Position numbers and translations under genes: made by a program
The notes under the pieces: generated by a model
Database searches by the model: none
The model's input: only the letters and a program-made list of their open reading frames with translations
What the model was told of the DNA's origin: nothing
Source: a virus
Taxonomy: Duplodnaviria > Caudoviricetes
Reading direction: 5' to 3' (one strand)
Virus record (IMG/VR): IMGVR_UViG_3300025769_000109
Location: 1-62,372 of that record
Length of the DNA: 62,372 nt
Shown: piece by piece, positions 7,200-16,650 of the stretch
Layout of the letters: each line of letters opens with the position of its first letter
Position numbering within the stretch: the first letter of the stretch is position 1

Positions 7200-10100
7200 T
7201 TGAGCTTTATCGTTGACGCCATTTCAGACGTAATTGACTGGGTCGCTGGTGCCATTGAAGACGTTGTTGAGTTTGTCTTTGATGAAGTCATTGAGCCTGT
7301 TGTTTCGTTTGTTGGTGATACGGTACAAGCCCTTTTAGACAATCCACTGGAAACAATCGCAAAGGTGGTGGCTATAGCGACGGGTAACGCGTGGGCCATA
7401 CCACTCATTGATGGAGCTTCTGTAGCTGCAAATGGTGGCGATCTTGGTGACGTGCTTGAGAGCGTTGCTATATCCTATGTTTCGCAAGCCATTGGCGGTG
7501 AAATTGCACAGCACACTGCTCCGTTCGTTGACGAAGTTATCGGTGACTCACTCAGCGCAGGTCTAAAAGAAGTTGCTGTCGCATCTATCACTCAAGGCAC
7601 CGTTGCTGCTACCTCTGCCATCCTTTATGGAGAAGACCCGTTAGAAGCGTTTGCCCGAGGTGGTATCACCGCTGCGGTTTCCGCAGGTATGGGTAAAATC
7701 GCTGAGCAAATAGGTTTTGAGGTAGAAGTCACTGACCCTGATACGGGGCAGACGACTACACGAGCACTTCCAAACGTCGTTAAAAACGTTGTTAGTGCTG
7801 CACTTGCCGCTGAATTAACGGGCGGTGAAATCACTGACGAGCTTATAGCAAACGCCGTTACGCGTGGTTTGATTACCACGGACCTTGTTAAAAAGTACGT
7901 CGCAGACAACCCGAACATTGGAGATCGTGAACTTACCTACATGACCGCTGCGTTTCAACGCACAGCGGCTGTCGCCCTATCTGGTGGTACTGGAGAACAG
8001 GCAGCGGCACAAATCATGGGCGTTATCTCTGCCTATGGTATGGAAGAACTGCACGATGAGATTCGTGACTCAGGTGTTGGGGACTTTATCGGCGATACCC
8101 TCGACAAAATATCTGGTGATTACCAGCGCGTAGAAGAACTAACCGCGTTAATGGACGAGATAGGCCCAAGACTCCAAACAAACTACGCCGAATACGAAGA
8201 AAAGTACAACACACTGCAAGCGTTGTGGGGCATTATCACGGGTAATCGTGAACAGATTATGATGCTTGAAGCTGATGCAGCGGAGCCGGGGCTGGACGCC
8301 AACAATATATTTGCACGACAAATTGCAGAATTAGAAGCTGAGCTTGAAACAGCCGTCGTAGAATACAACCGCTTAATCGAAGAAGAAGGCTACCTCGACC
8401 GAATTAACGAACTTGTACCCCTAATCGAGGCTGATAACGAAGCGTTGCAAGGGTACCAAGACGATCTCATCGAAGCACAGAATGATCTACAACGTAGTGC
8501 TGACCGCTTAGACGGTGAGCTAACGTCTGTATACAGCGCAACAGATGAGTACCTAGTTAACGCTATGGACCCCGGCTTTAACGCCGACGAATACCGAGAA
8601 CTTAACAACCTACCTGATGATGTAGATGCTTATGCACACTTCTTATCCGAAGGACAGCATAACGGGGCGTATACTAGCTGGAATCAATACGACATCGCGT
8701 TAGACAACGCACGTGATCTTGCAATGAACGAGATCATGTTTGGCGGCTTTGGTATTGGTGAAAACTCTGCCGTATGGAACCTTACAGACGCTGACCGCCA
8801 AGCCTTACAAACCATACTAAGAGAGAACGGATACGACTCCCCTCAAGCCTTAAATGAACTTTTAACAGCGCCGGGCGAAGTCCGAGAAGCTGTGTTTAAT
8901 CAATGGGTTGAAGCCATTGGGTCAAACCAAAACCGTTTGTTCAGCACTGGCGATACGTTACGGCAAGCCGACATAGACTATCTTGCGGCACAAGGATACG
9001 ACATGCGAGGTGTCGCGGTAGGCACTCCAATGTCTGCTGAAGAGGCGATTGCGCTAGATGCTGGTTTCCGTCAACAAAGTGGAGACTCAGAAAGTGGTGG
9101 CGGTGGGTTTGGATTTTCTGAAGGTGTCACTGCTGAAGACGTTATAAATGGTACAGCTATCCTTCGTACGGGAGACGACGGGTCCATGCAATGGACAGTG
9201 CTACCGGGCGTAACACGTTGGGACCCTCAACATGGCTGGATTACACAGCAGATTTTTTACGATGAAGCTGGAAATAAACGGCAGTGGCAGTATGTAGACC
9301 AAGACGGTAACTTTGTCCCCGGCACTATGGGGCTTGTTATCTATGGTGGCGTGCAAGATGTTGATGACCGCGAACAAGCAGGTTTAGCGCTTAACGCCGC
9401 AAGCAGTGGTATGTCTTGGGGTGATATTCAAGAAGGTCTTGGATGGTCTGACACCTTAATTGACATGGCGCAAAACGTCATGGATTGGGCAAACGAAAAC
9501 GACACCGATGTGTTCGGGTTGTTTGATGCTCAAAACTTCCTTGCCAACGCTATGAAAGCTGGTGGTGGCATCCTCGAAGCGTTTAACGGCATGTCCACCT
9601 TGTTTGGTATCGCACCAGACAGCACAGCACTTGGTAAGTTTGCGGAGCAACTACAGAACATTGGTGCAGCGGGCAACACCGAAGAGTACCAAGCCGAGCT
9701 TGCCAAACTGCAAGAAATGATGAGCGCCGAAACTGATCTTCCAGAAGATGCGGCGTGGTATGAAAGAGCGTTTGCTAGAGTCGCTACGATTGCTGGCGCA
9801 GCCGCTGAGCACCCCAGTGCGTTTATTTCTGAATATATTGGCGTTGAAGCCTTGCAGGAGCTTGTACCTCTTGCAGTCGGTGGTGTTGCCACACTGGGTG
9901 CGAAAGGCGCGGCAATGGCTATGGGTCGTACGCTGTCCACTCGTATGGCGGCTGGCACAGGTCTAAGTGCCGCAGCAGTCACAGACATCGCCGAAAGCTA
10001 TGGTGGCACAGCGGGAGAGACGTACGACCGTGCACTAACAGTCGCCTTAGACTCAATTAACCCTGCTACGGGTCAGATTTATACGCAGGAAGAAGCTGAA

Positions 10101-13100
10101 GAATACGCAATGACACTCGCCGTACAGACGGGTGCAGTAGCCGCAACAATGACCGCCGCTACAATGGGTATCGGTGGCATGGCGTTGGAGAAAGCGCTGC
10201 TTGGTGACAAAGCCGCAACTGGGTTTGTCGGAGCAGGTATAGACGAGCTTGCAAGCCGTATCGCTAATGGCGGTACGATTATGATTAAAGAGGGCCTTAC
10301 TGAGGGTCTCGAAGAAGGTCTTGCTACCGCGTTCCGTGAAGGGCATTTATCACAAATTAACCCTGATATTGACGTAGCCGACGAGGTTGCAGGTGCGGCC
10401 TTCATGGGCTTTATTGTTGGTGGCCCAGTTTCTGGTGGTGCGTATGGCGTAAGCCAAGTCGGAGATGCTTACTCTAACTTTATCTCTGCGATTGACCCTG
10501 ACGTGCGGTCAGCCATCGAGAACGGTAACACTGTAGCTGCTAACGAAGCACTGGATAATCTAGGTGTTACCGACCCAGTCGTACGTAATAACGTACTCAG
10601 TCAGGTTGCACCCGATCAGTTCGTCAACACAGCGCAAGCCACTACGTCATTCCTTAACGCAAACCCTGATTACACTGCAACGGAAGCAGAGATTAACTCG
10701 TTTGTACAAGCGGGCAGCTACGAAGATATTAACGAACAGATTGATCGCTACGTCGATGATCGTTACGTGGACGTGCAGGAAGTTATTGATGCCGCCGCTG
10801 CCGAAGGCGTTACGCTCACTGAAGAACAAGCTCAACAGTACGTTGGTCAAGGCCCCGCAGGTCATGAAGACGCGGTACTGTCTAACCTTCGCACCGAACT
10901 TGGCCCTGAGTACACTACTTTTGGCGAGGCTAAGAAGTTCTTTGAAGACCTTGGATTCAACCCCACAGACGCACAAGTGCAGGGCTTTGTTGGTCGTATC
11001 GCCGAAAGCACACAACAGCAGGCTATTGCTGAGTATGTAGACCCACGACAAATTACGGAAGAAGAAGCCCGCGCTGCGTTTGAGGCTCAAGGGTTTGACC
11101 CCTCTGCGGATGACATTGCGGCGTTTGTTGGTCAAGGCAACGCTAATTTTGAATCTAACGCCGACTTTGAAGGGTATGTAGACCCCCGTCAGGTTACCGA
11201 AGCGGAAGCCCGTGCGTTCTTTAACGACTTAGGGTATGAGGCTACTGATGCGCAAATTGCCGCGTTTGTTGGTCAAGGCGGGGCAAACTTTGAAAGTAAT
11301 ACAGGCACTAACGTCTCTAGTTACGTTGACCCCCGTCAGGTTACTGAAGCGGAAGCTCGCGCTGCGTTTGAAGCACAGGGCTACACCCCGACTAACGAAG
11401 AGGTTGCGCAATATGTTGCGCAAAGCGCCGATAACAATCTTCAGGCTTCTACAGAGACCGACATCACTAGCTTTGCTGACCCTCGTGCAACTACAGAGGC
11501 CGAAGTTCGTGCCATGTTTGAGGCAGAGGGGTACACACCCACCGATGCCGAAGTCCAAGCCCGTATGGGTCAGGGCGGTGCAGACTTTGAGTCTACGTCC
11601 GATGAGCAGATCAGCAATTATGTAGACCCACGTCAGGTTACTGAGGCAGAGGCACGTCAGTTCTTCGCCGATATGGGTTACGATCCTACAGATGCGGAAG
11701 TCGAAGCGTACATGGGGCAAGGCGGCTCAAACTTTGAGTCGAACAAAGAGACTGCGGTTGGTGCGTATGTTGATCCACGCCAGACTACGGCAGAAGAAGT
11801 TAGGGCGGCGTTTGAAGCGGCGGGCTACGAAGCGACTGAAGACCAGATTAACCAGTTCGTCGGACAGCTAAACCAAGCACAGCAAGAAGCTGCGGTCGGC
11901 GAATACATTGATCCACGTCAGGTAACAGAGAATGAAGCACGTCAGTTCTTCTCAGACCTTGGCTATGACGCCACGGCTGATGAGATTGCTGCGCAAGTTG
12001 GTCAAAGCCTTGAGGAAACGTATCAAGCCACGACCGAGACAGGTGTCGGCAGCTACGTAAACCCACGTCAGGTAACAACTGATGAGGCGAGGGCTTTCTT
12101 TGAGAGCTTGGGCTACGAGGCCAATAACGCAGAGATTGCGTCGTTTGTTGGTCAGGGCGGTGACACGTTTGCTGCCGATCAACAGGCCGCAGTGGGTACT
12201 TACGTAGACCCACGTCAGATGACTGAAGCTGAAGTCCGCGAGATGTTTGCGGCTCAAGGCTACGAACCTACTGACGAAGAGGTGGCAGGCTACGTTGGTC
12301 AGGGCAACAGAAACTTCGACACAAATCAAAGCAACGCGGTCACTGCGTTTGCTGACCCACGTGCAACCACTGAAGCTGAAGTTAGAGCACAGTTCGAGGC
12401 CGCAGGCTACGATCCTAGCGACGAAGAAATCGCGGCCCGTGTCGGTCAAGGCAATGCAACCTTTGAGTCTGGCACCAATACTGAGGTCGCAGGCTACTCC
12501 GATGTGCGTGTTGTCACCGAAGCAGAAGCACAGCAGTTCTTCGATAACCTTGGCTACGAAGCTACAGACGACGAGATCGCTGACTTTATCGGTCAGGTCG
12601 AAGATCGTAGCAATGCACAGTACCAGTCACAGCAACAGAACCTTGTTGGTCAGTATGTAGACCCACGTCAGGTCACGTTTGACGAGCTACAAGCCATTGC
12701 AAGTCAGGAAAACCTTACCCTTACTGAGGCACTTGCCGAAGCGTATGTGGGTCAAGGTGACGAGAACTTTGAGTCAACCAATTTTGCCGATGCTCGTAGC
12801 GAATACGATACCTTGGCTACCACCACGGACGAAGCACGGCAGTTCTTTGGTGATCTAGGCTACACCTTTACCGACGAAGAAGTCGCTCAGTTTGCTAACG
12901 ACAGCATGACTGAGGCAGACCAGCAAACGGCACTAGGTGCCTATGTAGACCCACGTCAATTTACTTTCGAGGAAGCTCGTCAGTACATGATTGACCAAGG
13001 CTACACTGATCCTACAGACGAAGAAGTTAACAGGTTTGTGGGTCAAGGTGACGACGCATTCCAAGCTACCAACCAAGACGCTGCGTTTGCGTACGTCGAT

Positions 13101-14996
13101 GAATTTACTGTCACGGCTGACGAAGTACGTGATATGTACGCTGAGTTGGGTCTGGTACGGCCTACGGATGACGATATTGCACGGTTTGTAGGTCAGTACG
13201 AAGAATCCACCCTGCGTGGACAGCTTGAAGAATACCTACCCGTTGCAACGTCTAACTCAATCAACGGCATTGTTGAGGGTCTGGAAGACCAAATCGGTCA
13301 GATTGCTGACGGTGACCAGCCTGCTACGGGTCTGTATGCGTACATTGATAACGCCATTCAGGACCTGATAGATGCAGGAATCGACGCTGACGAAGTTACA
13401 CAGATTATTAACGACGTTGTTGGTACACCTGCTACTGGCGATTCTGACGCGACTGGTATCTATGCAGCACTCGAAGGTGTGGTTGACGATGTCGAATCAC
13501 TTATCGGTCAGCCTGCCACAGAAGATAGCGAAGCTACGGGTATCTATGAGGCGATTGACGACGCGGTTGCGGGAGTCAGTGAAGAAGTAGCTGACGTTGC
13601 CGAAGACGTTGCCGACCTATCTGATGTTATCGGTACTCCTGCGGTCGAAGACGACCTTGCTACTGAAGATGTAGACGAGTCCCAAGAAGCCACGGGTATC
13701 TTTGCTGAAATCGACGCACTGGTCGAGGCAGGTGCAACACGCGATGAAGCTATCGCTGCGCTCGCAGGCCAGATTGGTACAACATACGATAACTTGATAG
13801 CAGCCCTTGGCGAAGTTGAAACCAACATCGCCGAAGACATTGAGGGCGTACAAGAAGATATAGCTGACGTTGCGGGTATCCTTGGTACTCCTGCGGTTGA
13901 AGATGACCCGAATACTACAGATGTAGATGAATCTCAGGACCCAACAGGTCTGTTCGCTACGATTGCTGAGTACGAAGCACAGGGTCTAGCACGTGATGAA
14001 GCCACTCAACAGGCTATCAGCGACCTATCTAACGAGCTTGGGCTAACTGAAGACCGCATCCTCGAAGAGTTCGGTCTTACCGAAGACCGTATTATCCAGC
14101 GTATTGACGATGCTGAGACTGCGCTTAGCGAAGACATCGCAGGTGTACAAGAAGACGTTGATATTCTTGAGGGCGTCATTGGTTTGCCCGGTCTGGAAGA
14201 TGACCCGAACACGCCTGATATTGATGAGAGCCGTGCAGCGACAGGTATCTTTGAGACCATCGCCCAGTACGAAGCGGCTGGCATTGCACGTGATGAAGCC
14301 ACACAGCGAGCGGTATCTGACCTATCTACTGAGTTAGGTATCACTGAAGAAAACTTACTCAACCGTATTACTGAAGCTGAAACCACACTAACTGACGATA
14401 TTAACGCCATTAGTGAACTGATTGGTAAGCCTGCTACTGAGGTTACACAGACTGACATCGACTTTGTTGTAGATGTTATCGCTGGTAATCAAGTTATGGC
14501 AGAAAACCAGCTTGCGCAGTACGATGTGACTGGTGATGGTCAGATCACACTAGAAGATCAACAGCTACTAGAACAGCTATTGGCTGGTGAAAACGTATTC
14601 GGTCAGGTTGCCGATACGTCTATCTACGCACCGACAGGTATTTACGGTACGGTGCAGGATACGCAGACCGCTATTGAGCAGCAGATACAGCAAAACCAAG
14701 AGCAAACGATGGATCAAATCCAACAAATGGAACAGAACATCGTTACTAATATTGAACAGGAGGCGTTACGTGCTGGTGGGCGTCAATTCTTGCAAGCCGC
14801 GCTTCAAGCTCCTGATGCAATGGGGCAACAAGTAACCGTCAGAACACCCGATCCGCTAAATTTACGCTACATTTACGACTTTAGCAGCATATTTGCCACT
14901 CCTCAACAGCAGGCAATGTTCCCTAGTCCGTATGCAAAGGGTGGACAAGTAGAGGATACAACTGATAAGTTGTTAAATATAATTGGAGGCTCGTAA
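7200..14996 (+). CDS. Giant acidic repeat-containing putative internal virion/ejection protein (2598 aa)
   Basis: Long ORF with TTG start after GAGGG; Gly/Ala hydrophobic segments, tandem repeats, EF/dockerin-like loop; ejection-module position. Confidence 0.7.
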   Translation: MSFIVDAISDVIDWVAGAIEDVVEFVFDEVIEPVVSFVGDTVQALLDNPLETIAKVVAIATGNAWAIPLIDGASVAANGGDLGDVLESVAISYVSQAIGGEIAQHTAPFVDEVIGDSLSAGLKEVAVASITQGTVAATSAILYGEDPLEAFARGGITAAVSAGMGKIAEQIGFEVEVTDPDTGQTTTRALPNVVKNVVSAALAAELTGGEITDELIANAVTRGLITTDLVKKYVADNPNIGDRELTYMTAAFQRTAAVALSGGTGEQAAAQIMGVISAYGMEELHDEIRDSGVGDFIGDTLDKISGDYQRVEELTALMDEIGPRLQTNYAEYEEKYNTLQALWGIITGNREQIMMLEADAAEPGLDANNIFARQIAELEAELETAVVEYNRLIEEEGYLDRINELVPLIEADNEALQGYQDDLIEAQNDLQRSADRLDGELTSVYSATDEYLVNAMDPGFNADEYRELNNLPDDVDAYAHFLSEGQHNGAYTSWNQYDIALDNARDLAMNEIMFGGFGIGENSAVWNLTDADRQALQTILRENGYDSPQALNELLTAPGEVREAVFNQWVEAIGSNQNRLFSTGDTLRQADIDYLAAQGYDMRGVAVGTPMSAEEAIALDAGFRQQSGDSESGGGGFGFSEGVTAEDVINGTAILRTGDDGSMQWTVLPGVTRWDPQHGWITQQIFYDEAGNKRQWQYVDQDGNFVPGTMGLVIYGGVQDVDDREQAGLALNAASSGMSWGDIQEGLGWSDTLIDMAQNVMDWANENDTDVFGLFDAQNFLANAMKAGGGILEAFNGMSTLFGIAPDSTALGKFAEQLQNIGAAGNTEEYQAELAKLQEMMSAETDLPEDAAWYERAFARVATIAGAAAEHPSAFISEYIGVEALQELVPLAVGGVATLGAKGAAMAMGRTLSTRMAAGTGLSAAAVTDIAESYGGTAGETYDRALTVALDSINPATGQIYTQEEAEEYAMTLAVQTGAVAATMTAATMGIGGMALEKALLGDKAATGFVGAGIDELASRIANGGTIMIKEGLTEGLEEGLATAFREGHLSQINPDIDVADEVAGAAFMGFIVGGPVSGGAYGVSQVGDAYSNFISAIDPDVRSAIENGNTVAANEALDNLGVTDPVVRNNVLSQVAPDQFVNTAQATTSFLNANPDYTATEAEINSFVQAGSYEDINEQIDRYVDDRYVDVQEVIDAAAAEGVTLTEEQAQQYVGQGPAGHEDAVLSNLRTELGPEYTTFGEAKKFFEDLGFNPTDAQVQGFVGRIAESTQQQAIAEYVDPRQITEEEARAAFEAQGFDPSADDIAAFVGQGNANFESNADFEGYVDPRQVTEAEARAFFNDLGYEATDAQIAAFVGQGGANFESNTGTNVSSYVDPRQVTEAEARAAFEAQGYTPTNEEVAQYVAQSADNNLQASTETDITSFADPRATTEAEVRAMFEAEGYTPTDAEVQARMGQGGADFESTSDEQISNYVDPRQVTEAEARQFFADMGYDPTDAEVEAYMGQGGSNFESNKETAVGAYVDPRQTTAEEVRAAFEAAGYEATEDQINQFVGQLNQAQQEAAVGEYIDPRQVTENEARQFFSDLGYDATADEIAAQVGQSLEETYQATTETGVGSYVNPRQVTTDEARAFFESLGYEANNAEIASFVGQGGDTFAADQQAAVGTYVDPRQMTEAEVREMFAAQGYEPTDEEVAGYVGQGNRNFDTNQSNAVTAFADPRATTEAEVRAQFEAAGYDPSDEEIAARVGQGNATFESGTNTEVAGYSDVRVVTEAEAQQFFDNLGYEATDDEIADFIGQVEDRSNAQYQSQQQNLVGQYVDPRQVTFDELQAIASQENLTLTEALAEAYVGQGDENFESTNFADARSEYDTLATTTDEARQFFGDLGYTFTDEEVAQFANDSMTEADQQTALGAYVDPRQFTFEEARQYMIDQGYTDPTDEEVNRFVGQGDDAFQATNQDAAFAYVDEFTVTADEVRDMYAELGLVRPTDDDIARFVGQYEESTLRGQLEEYLPVATSNSINGIVEGLEDQIGQIADGDQPATGLYAYIDNAIQDLIDAGIDADEVTQIINDVVGTPATGDSDATGIYAALEGVVDDVESLIGQPATEDSEATGIYEAIDDAVAGVSEEVADVAEDVADLSDVIGTPAVEDDLATEDVDESQEATGIFAEIDALVEAGATRDEAIAALAGQIGTTYDNLIAALGEVETNIAEDIEGVQEDIADVAGILGTPAVEDDPNTTDVDESQDPTGLFATIAEYEAQGLARDEATQQAISDLSNELGLTEDRILEEFGLTEDRIIQRIDDAETALSEDIAGVQEDVDILEGVIGLPGLEDDPNTPDIDESRAATGIFETIAQYEAAGIARDEATQRAVSDLSTELGITEENLLNRITEAETTLTDDINAISELIGKPATEVTQTDIDFVVDVIAGNQVMAENQLAQYDVTGDGQITLEDQQLLEQLLAGENVFGQVADTSIYAPTGIYGTVQDTQTAIEQQIQQNQEQTMDQIQQMEQNIVTNIEQEALRAGGRQFLQAALQAPDAMGQQVTVRTPDPLNLRYIYDFSSIFATPQQQAMFPSPYAKGGQVEDTTDKLLNIIGGS
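10620..13250 (+). repeat. Tandem ~45-50 aa protein repeat (YVDPRQVTEAEARxFFxxxGYxxTDxExxxxVGQG), about 17 units
   Basis: Read from translation; GACCCACGTCAG recurs at DNA level. Confidence 0.9.
13310..14340 (+). repeat. Second protein repeat family (GxPxxEDDxxTxDxDESxxxTGxF; 3 long plus 3 short ATG(I/L)Y units)
   Basis: Read from translation. Confidence 0.8.
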
Positions 14997-15796
14997 TGGG
15001 GTGGTTCAGTGACTTAGTAGATGATTTTGGAGCTGGTATTCAGCAAGCGGGTAGTAACGCTTATGACTACTTTACCAGTCCAGAAGGCATAATCCGCCTT
15101 GGATCAATGGGGTTAGGCTATTTAGGCAGCAAATCAGGTGCGGGGCAAGCACAGATTCCCCCTACTGGGTACCAAGGCGGCATCCCCGCCCTTCGCGCAA
15201 TACGTACACAAGCACCGCAGATGATGGGCGAAGAGCTTTCCGATGGCTCTGTGCGCCCTATTGACCAAGCCGCCCCAACAGGTATCGAAGGGCTATATGC
15301 ACCGCAAGGTACAGGTCGGCAGGTTCCAATGTCCTATGATCCCAACCGTCGTCCCGGCAGTGCGGGTCGTCGTTACTTTACTGACGTGCAGTATGTGGCT
15401 GAAGATGAAGATATGGGTGCGGCACAAGAACGTATGGAAGCGCAAGCTGCACAGTTAACAGAACAAAACATACGTAACCTAGCTAGACAGCAACGTTCTA
15501 CACCACGTGGTATGGCGACAGGGGGCATTGCCGCGCTAAAAAAGGGTAAGTACCTTGATGGGAATACCGATGGCATGGCTGATGAAGTCCCTGCCACTAT
15601 CGAGGGACGTCAACCAGCGGCACTTAGCGACGGGGAGTTTGTTATTCCTGCCGATGTCGTAAGCCATCTCGGTAATGGCAACTCTGATGCAGGTGCCAAA
15701 GTATTAGAGCGAATGATGGCTCGTGTTAGAAAAGAACGCACGGGCAATACGAAACAGGGTAAAGAAATAAAGCCCCAGAAAATGTTACCAGCGTGA
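14996..15796 (+). CDS. Putative ejection/internal virion protein
   Basis: MGWFS N-terminus, MATGG motif, C-terminal DGMADEVPA...LSDGEFVIPADVVS domain. Confidence 0.65.
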   Translation: MGWFSDLVDDFGAGIQQAGSNAYDYFTSPEGIIRLGSMGLGYLGSKSGAGQAQIPPTGYQGGIPALRAIRTQAPQMMGEELSDGSVRPIDQAAPTGIEGLYAPQGTGRQVPMSYDPNRRPGSAGRRYFTDVQYVAEDEDMGAAQERMEAQAAQLTEQNIRNLARQQRSTPRGMATGGIAALKKGKYLDGNTDGMADEVPATIEGRQPAALSDGEFVIPADVVSHLGNGNSDAGAKVLERMMARVRKERTGNTKQGKEIKPQKMLPA

Positions 15797-15804
15797 GGTG
15801 AGAC

Positions 15805-16647
15805 ATGGCTGATCCGATTGTAGGACAAGAAACAGGTAGAGAGTCGTCCCTTTCTACATGGGCTGGTCCGTATGTAACCACAATGCTTGGCAAGGGCGCT
15901 GCGCTTGCAAATGAACCCTATCAAGCATACATGGGGCCGCTGACCGCTGGTTCTGCACCCCTGCAACAACAAGCATTCCAAGGTATTGCTGGCCTCGCTG
16001 TGCCGGAACAGATGGGGGCATATCAGCCTCAGTCGTTTACACAAGAAGGCAGTGCACAGCAGTACATGAACCCATATATTCAGGCCGCGCTACAGCCGCA
16101 GCTTGATGAACTCCGTCGTCAGACTGAAAAATCACGTGTTGAGCAGGCAGGGCGTCTCACCCGCGCTGGTGCTTACGGTGGTTCTCGACAGGCTTTGGCA
16201 GACACAGAACTTACTCGTGCGATGTTGTCAAATATGGCAAACGTAACGGGACAAGGCTACAACCAAGCGTTCCAACAAGCACAGCAACAGTTCAACACAG
16301 AACAGCAACAGGCTCAGCAAGCACAGAACCTAGCAAATCAGTTCGGATTGCAAGCACTGGCGAACCAAGTACAAGCTGGTCAGCTACAGCGTGGCATTGA
16401 ACAAGAAGGTATTACAGCAGACCGATTGCAGTTTGAGGAAGAGCGAGACTTCCCATACAAGCAGGTGCAGTACATGCAGTCACTTCTACAGGGCTTGCCG
16501 ATTGCCGCACAGTCTTATTCATACGCACAGCCAAGTGCGCTATCCGACTTTTTATCCGGTTCTGGTGGGGTGTACGACCTACTTAGTAAAGTATTCTTGC
16601 CTCAAGAAACGCCGCCAGCCGAAGACACTAGCGGGACAGGGGGCTAA
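15805..16647 (+). CDS. Putative DNA ejection protein (Gln-rich)
   Basis: QYMNPY, AGAYGGSR motifs typical of podovirus ejection proteins; GAGGTG RBS. Confidence 0.65.
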   Translation: MADPIVGQETGRESSLSTWAGPYVTTMLGKGAALANEPYQAYMGPLTAGSAPLQQQAFQGIAGLAVPEQMGAYQPQSFTQEGSAQQYMNPYIQAALQPQLDELRRQTEKSRVEQAGRLTRAGAYGGSRQALADTELTRAMLSNMANVTGQGYNQAFQQAQQQFNTEQQQAQQAQNLANQFGLQALANQVQAGQLQRGIEQEGITADRLQFEEERDFPYKQVQYMQSLLQGLPIAAQSYSYAQPSALSDFLSGSGGVYDLLSKVFLPQETPPAEDTSGTGG

Positions 16648-16650
16648 CCA

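Noticed and set aside
7791-7807. Ninth palindrome GTTAGTGCTGCACTTGC
   Set aside because: Two mismatches in the right arm, core is not CGN/NCG, and it is explained by VSAAL codons in a late gene.
10620-13250. Diversity-generating retroelement or mobile DNA repeats
   Set aside because: No reverse transcriptase; repeats are conserved at protein level with synonymous divergence, not adenine-specific changes.
7625-14835. Numerous antisense and alternate-frame ORFs in the ORF track (also within portal, capsid and tail fibre genes)
   Set aside because: Shadow ORFs of biased coding sequence with Ser/Leu/Arg-rich composition and no evident RBS; only 20477-20680 showed independent support.
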